Translations under genes and position numbers: made by a program
In this document: positions 62,955 to 64,000 of the stretch, piece after piece
How the letters are laid out: every line of letters begins with the position of its first letter
Numbering within the stretch: the first letter of the stretch is position 1
Source of the DNA: an uncultured Pirellulales bacterium
Lineage (GTDB): Bacteria; Planctomycetota; Phycisphaerae; Sedimentisphaerales; SM23-30
Direction of reading: 5' to 3'
Assembly: GCA_964580995.1 (NCBI GenBank)
Contig: CAZOMV010000001.1
Span: 42,840-106,839 of the forward strand
DNA length: 64,000 bases
The notes under the pieces: generated by a model
Database searches by the model: none
What the model was told of the DNA's origin: nothing
The model's input: only the letters and a program-made list of their open reading frames with translations

Positions 62955-63677
62955 ATGTCAGGTAAATTTTATCAGAATCCTGCCGTGAGTGGTATTGTCG
63001 AACGTCAAATGCGGATGTGGGAATTGGCTAGGGAAAGTGAGCCGGTCCGCTTGAGCGACGGGCGCGAGATTGACTATATTACCATCAGCCGGGAACTGGG
63101 CAGCGGGGGGGAGGAAATAGGGCAACTATTAGCGGACCTGATGAAATGGAACATGTACGACAAGGATATTTTGAATTACCTGGCCGAAGATATGAATGTT
63201 CACAAAAGCGTAGTCGAATGCGTGGACGAACGGACTACCAACTGGATTGATGACTGGATTGAGTCTCTTTTTGCGACGGATTCCTCCCGTCATGTCGATC
63301 AGTTAAGTTATTGCCGCCATCTGACGCGGGTCTTGCTGGTAATCAGCAAGCTGGGGCAGGCGATTATCATCGGCCGGGCCGCAGGCCTGCTCCTGCCGCG
63401 GGAACGGGGGCTGAGCGTGCGGGTTACAGCCCCGTTCGAGGTTCGGTGCCAGCGGTATGCGGGCCAGCATAATATCTCCCTGAAACAGGCCCACTCAGCC
63501 GTCCAGAAAGCGGATAAAAAACAGATTCAGTTTGTCCGGGATTATCTGGACAAGGATATTCACGACCCCAGATATTATGATATCGTTTTCAATACCGGCA
63601 AACTGGTACCGCAGTCGGTTGCCAAACTTATCTGGAGGGCTTTCGATCAGCGGAAGCTGGCCGAACAGAAAAAGTAG
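62955..63677 (+). CDS. Cytidylate-kinase-like family protein (P-loop, unknown function)
   Basis: YITISRELGSGGEEIGQLLA is typical of the cytidylate-kinase-like family. Confidence 0.7.
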   Translation: MSGKFYQNPAVSGIVERQMRMWELARESEPVRLSDGREIDYITISRELGSGGEEIGQLLADLMKWNMYDKDILNYLAEDMNVHKSVVECVDERTTNWIDDWIESLFATDSSRHVDQLSYCRHLTRVLLVISKLGQAIIIGRAAGLLLPRERGLSVRVTAPFEVRCQRYAGQHNISLKQAHSAVQKADKKQIQFVRDYLDKDIHDPRYYDIVFNTGKLVPQSVAKLIWRAFDQRKLAEQKK

Positions 63678-63702
63678 TCGTTCCGAACCAATCGCGGGGA
63701 AA

Positions 63703-64000
63703 TTATTTGACGAACAACCAGTATTGCGCCAGAATAATCAGGTCGGCAAGTGAGATATTGCCATCCGGCGGAGTAGATAGATCAGCCTGGGGATTCCAGA
63801 GCGGTTCTCCCGATTGCGTATCCCAGGCCGCCGCCATCACCGCGAAATCGCCTAAATCCACGTCACCGTCTTCATCAATATCCGGCGCAAACGGAGCGAT
63901 GCTGACATCGTCGATACGCCACGATACGGCTGAGCTGGATTGATAGGAACCATCCGCGGAAAAACGCAGGGCGAAAAAAGGACTCCAGCCGTTGGCTGGT
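63703..64000 (-). CDS. 3' end of a secreted protein with C-terminal dockerin/EF-hand-like module (partial; continues beyond the window)
   Basis: Manual minus-strand translation gives ...DIDEDGDVDLGDFAVMAAAWDTQSGEPLWNPQADLSTPPDGNISLADLIILAQYWLFVK*, with TAA at 63705-63703. It is open to the window edge and absent from the ORF track because it has no qualifying start (its only in-frame Met leaves a product under 60 aa). Confidence 0.55.
   Translation of the reverse strand, partial: PANGWSPFFALRFSADGSYQSSSAVSWRIDDVSIAPFAPDIDEDGDVDLGDFAVMAAAWDTQSGEPLWNPQADLSTPPDGNISLADLIILAQYWLFVK

Noticed and set aside
1-64000. tRNA, rRNA, tmRNA, RNase P, transposase or IS elements
   Set aside because: I scanned the intergenic regions by eye for T-loop-like GGTTCGA/GTTCAAATC motifs and for transposase-like ORFs. 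None was found. Absence should be confirmed with tRNAscan-SE, Infernal and ISfinder-type searches.

Overview
The window comes from a Gram-negative-type environmental bacterium that uses the PEP-CTERM/exosortase system. The gene content (PEP-CTERM, dockerin-like tails, LRR, FGE-sulfatase domain, MurNAc recycling) is compatible with a PVC-like lineage, but taxonomy cannot be settled from this sequence. All family assignments were made by eye from motifs. GC values come from a few hand-counted lines and by-eye impressions, not from computation.

Layout:
- 1-10.4 kb: exopolysaccharide decoration and assembly genes. A markedly AT-rich block (about 1-8300) holds two FemAB/CelD-like acyltransferases, a GNAT, a NodB deacetylase, two GT2s, a CapK-like adenylating enzyme and a hexapeptide acetyltransferase. 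GC-richer Alg14/Alg13-like split glycosyltransferase genes and wecB follow.
- 10.5-14.8 kb: a phage-like cassette. One operon encodes a Cas4-like Fe-S nuclease, a Cys-rich unknown, an HTH protein and an HNH endonuclease. It is divergent from a CI/LexA-type S24 repressor that has no in-frame canonical start.
- 15.1-30.8 kb: core exosortase locus. It holds an exosortase fused to a nucleotidyltransferase-like/left-handed beta-helix (LbH) module, a Wzz/BY-kinase, a priming sugar transferase with an LbH-containing N-terminal extension, a 1405-aa TPR protein, a LuxR regulator, a Pmp-like beta-helix protein, a Wza-like exporter and a CPBP protease.
- 30.8-38.7 kb: rfbBDCA plus an Arn-like lipid-carrier amino-sugar module (WecE-like transaminase, ArnC-like GT2, GT-C transferase, WbqC).
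- 39-47 kb: an LRR/dockerin-like protein and a MurNAc/anhMurNAc recycling cluster (NamZ-like, GCKR-like double-SIS protein, anmK, murQ, SSS transporter).
- 47.3-49.6 kb: two divergent PEP-CTERM substrate genes with mirrored leader hairpins. One carries an in-frame TGA.
- 50.8-64 kb: housekeeping genes (ruvCAB, cysS, ispF, hisA, dtd, aroD/E) interspersed with an FGE-domain protein, an MntA/HepT toxin-antitoxin (TA) pair, a LOG-family gene, REP-like repeats and an orphan Imm50-like immunity ORF.

I recognised no rRNA, tRNA, CRISPR array, transposase or integrase.

The best candidates for something undescribed are:
- the ligand-sensor-like fusions on the exosortase and priming transferase;
- the repressor-controlled nuclease cassette inside the EPS locus;
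- the conserved leader hairpins of the PEP-CTERM genes;
- a roughly 40-nt TTTTGCAAAA motif recurring next to surface-protein and EPS genes;
- a 275-nt nested palindrome in the AT-rich EPS block.
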